This document shows, in pieces, positions 59,809-61,532 of a DNA stretch of 61,532 nt (within the stretch, counting starts at the first letter, position 1; every line of letters starts with the position of its first letter). This DNA comes from a virus. The notes beneath the pieces are model-generated. The model was not told the origin of the DNA and did no database searches. It saw only the letters and a program-made list of their open reading frames with translations. The position numbers and the translations under genes were made by a program. Location of the stretch: the IMG/VR virus record IMGVR_UViG_3300050498_000085. One strand, given 5' to 3'.

Positions 59809-60091
59809 CGAGATCCCCCACGGCAGCAAGGAGTTCTTGACTGTTGTTCTTGACTCGACGGATGATCTCACTACATCGTCTGTGGAAATCGGTGTGACGG
59901 TTGACCCAGTGGGACAGCCTAGCAGCTACATGGCAGCGGCCTGGGTGCCGTTGCCTGCGAAGAACACTGCTCGCACGGCATCGATCTGGGACACGACCAA
60001 CGTCGCCCTGGGATTCTATGCGATCTGGGCCAAGGTGACTGACTCGCCAGAGATCATTCCTCGGCGCTATGGGACGGTGAGGGTGGTATGA
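59795..60091 (+). CDS. hypothetical structural protein, 98 aa
   Basis: ATG 59795 after GGAGGGAGG; ORF-track N-terminus from 59723 overlaps the repeat gene. Confidence 0.6.
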   Translation: MAVPDEIPHGSKEFLTVVLDSTDDLTTSSVEIGVTVDPVGQPSSYMAAAWVPLPAKNTARTASIWDTTNVALGFYAIWAKVTDSPEIIPRRYGTVRVV

Positions 60092-60414
60092 CACTCGAAG
60101 ATATTGCCCTAGTCCGTCACTACATCGATGAGCAGGATGAGGCTCAATGGGGAAACTCGCTCATCGAGGATCTCATCGAGCGTCTGCCGAACCTGTATGC
60201 GGTCGCGGCCGAGCTTTGGCGGATGAAGGCTGCTCGATGGGCTCGACTCGTCACGACGGCTGAGGCCGGAGCGAGCAAGAACCTCAGCGATCTCGTGTCG
60301 CACGCGAAGACGATGGCGGCGGAGTATCAGGCGCGGTCGGATGCCGAGGAAGCTGCGCTGCCCCCGGAGGAGATCGTCACCGGTGCGTTCGTCGTCCCGA
60401 TCGAGCGACGCTGA
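60088..60414 (+). CDS. head-tail connector / adaptor protein (putative), 108 aa
   Basis: ATGA overlap; size and synteny. Confidence 0.6.
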   Translation: MTLEDIALVRHYIDEQDEAQWGNSLIEDLIERLPNLYAVAAELWRMKAARWARLVTTAEAGASKNLSDLVSHAKTMAAEYQARSDAEEAALPPEEIVTGAFVVPIERR

Positions 60415-60788
60415 TGACCGCGCCCTTGTCCGATGTTGAGACGGCCGTCCGACGGAGGCTGACGGATGAGTTCATCGCGGCCAATCCTCGCACGATCGTC
60501 CTACAGCGACCGTCCCGAGTAGACGATGGTGCGGGTGGATTCACGGACGGCGCGCCGACCGCCGTCAAGTCCCAAGTGATGCGCTTGGTGGCGCTCAACC
60601 GAGAGGTGCCCTCCCGGACGACTGTGGATGGGCGCGAGGTCTCACCAAGCTACCGGCTCGTGGCGGCCAACGACGCAGACCTACTACCCGGGGACTATTG
60701 GATGGACGGCCCGGTCAAGTACGAGGTTGTATGGGTCGAGCCGGACCGGTTGGACGCCACACGAGCTGAGGTCGTGTACGGGCGATGA
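60414..60788 (+). CDS. head closure / head-tail joining protein (putative), 124 aa
   Basis: TGATG overlap; synteny. Confidence 0.6.
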   Translation: MTAPLSDVETAVRRRLTDEFIAANPRTIVLQRPSRVDDGAGGFTDGAPTAVKSQVMRLVALNREVPSRTTVDGREVSPSYRLVAANDADLLPGDYWMDGPVKYEVVWVEPDRLDATRAEVVYGR

Positions 60789-61126
60789 TGGTCTGGCGCG
60801 GAGAGCTTCCGGCGAACATCCGGAACCTGGACCGGCACATACTGCGCCGCTCAGCTGTTGCCGCAGCTGGATTTGCGCCTCGCGTCGAGTCACATATGAG
60901 AAACACGGCTCCGTGGACGGATCAAACTGGGAATGCCCGGGCCGGTCTGTTTGCCCGTCCGGAAGTCGAGGCGAGTGGCGCCAAGATCGTGTTCGGGCAC
61001 AGTGTGTACTATGGGATCTTCCTGGAGACGCGCTGGAGCGGTCGGTACGCGGTTGTACTTCCGACGCTCGAAGAGTTGGGGCCACAGTTCATGAGCTACG
61101 CGGCGCGAATCATCTTCAGGGGTTGA
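60785..61126 (+). CDS. HK97 gp10-like tail-completion/neck protein, 113 aa
   Basis: ..APWTDQTGNARAGLF.. pattern (recall); ATGA overlap. Confidence 0.65.
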   Translation: MMVWRGELPANIRNLDRHILRRSAVAAAGFAPRVESHMRNTAPWTDQTGNARAGLFARPEVEASGAKIVFGHSVYYGIFLETRWSGRYAVVLPTLEELGPQFMSYAARIIFRG

Positions 61127-61127
61127 C

Positions 61128-61532
61128 ATGGGAGCTAGGTCCTGGATCGTGAATCGTCTTCGCGGGGATGCGACATTCACGGGCATCCTCGGGACGGTGG
61201 AGGGAGTAGCTCCAGCCGGGCGCATTGTCTCGTCTGGGTCCATAGGGATACCGGGGACCACAAACGCCGAGATCAAGCGTCCCTTTGTCGTCGTGCGAGC
61301 GAATCTGGCCGGCCGCGCCTTGAGCGGGGCCGACAAGCGCTATCCGGCCCAGCCCTGGATGTTGTGGATGCACGATTCGCCCGGCTCATATGAGGCCAAC
61401 ATCGCCCCCCTCCTCCGGCGCGCCGCAGTTCTCCTGGATGGACAGCCCTCTGTAGACATGGGCGATGGCGAGTGGTTGATCAGTTGCGCCTGGGAAGTCG
61501 ATTCGCCTGACCTCTATGACGACGGGCTGGGG
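61128..61532 (+). CDS. tail terminator / tail completion-like protein, 5' part; no stop in window, continues at 1..175
   Basis: ATG 61128 one nt after upstream TGA; frame stays open to the window end and through the terminal repeat. Confidence 0.6.
   Translation, partial: MGARSWIVNRLRGDATFTGILGTVEGVAPAGRIVSSGSIGIPGTTNAEIKRPFVVVRANLAGRALSGADKRYPAQPWMLWMHDSPGSYEANIAPLLRRAAVLLDGQPSVDMGDGEWLISCAWEVDSPDLYDDGLG
61406..61532. repeat. 127-nt terminal direct repeat, right copy (identical to 1..127)
   Basis: See 1..127. Confidence 0.95.

Overview
The window is one complete, high-GC, siphovirus-like actinobacteriophage genome. Bases 1..127 are identical to 61406..61532, so the unique length is about 61,405 nt, and the linearisation point splits a tail gene. 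I found no convincing minus-strand gene; every gene I could support is on the + strand.

Genome layout:
- Late/structural operon, about 44.0 kb through the junction to 12.4 kb. It holds a small-terminase-like gene, an HNH, the large terminase, portal, MuF-like protein, scaffold, decoration-like protein and major capsid. A 5-kb fibre/glycanase module follows, then connectors, major tail, chaperone, tape measure, minor tail proteins and a split endolysin with membrane proteins.
- Early block, 12.5-25.2 kb. It holds small unknowns, a SNF2 helicase and a Cas4-like exonuclease / AAA_24 ATPase / gp2.5-like SSB module.
- Replication and nucleotide-metabolism block, 25.6-43.6 kb. It holds a TOPRIM primase fused to an MCM-like helicase, a flavoprotein, a HAD dNMP phosphatase, a DUF1599-like protein, a UDG4-like protein, DnaE, a JAB/MPN protein, a divergent ThyX-like protein and RuvC.

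I recognised no tRNA, CRISPR array, integrase, repressor or LysB.

Most unusual signals:
1. A 13-17 nt motif, GTCCGAAG[A/T][G/A]GACGGAC, occurs about 20 times. Copies are strongly co-oriented, sit on stop/start junctions, and recur inside genes with identical codons.
2. A perfect 26-bp palindrome heads the replication operon. Its two halves are re-used, split, at the head of the late operon.
3. Three conserved 47-nt box-plus-hairpin elements and a GGAGCCACC start-associated 9-mer mark the early genes.
4. The tail-chaperone extension lies in the +1 frame rather than the usual -1 frame.
5. A candidate pyrimidine-pool or DNA-modification gene set is present.
6. An atypical module lies between the capsid and connector genes. 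It encodes a signal-peptide PKD/GH26-like glycanase, two tandem paralogs and a protein built of fourteen 20-aa repeats.

All product calls come from motifs read by eye and recalled family signatures. No database search was run.
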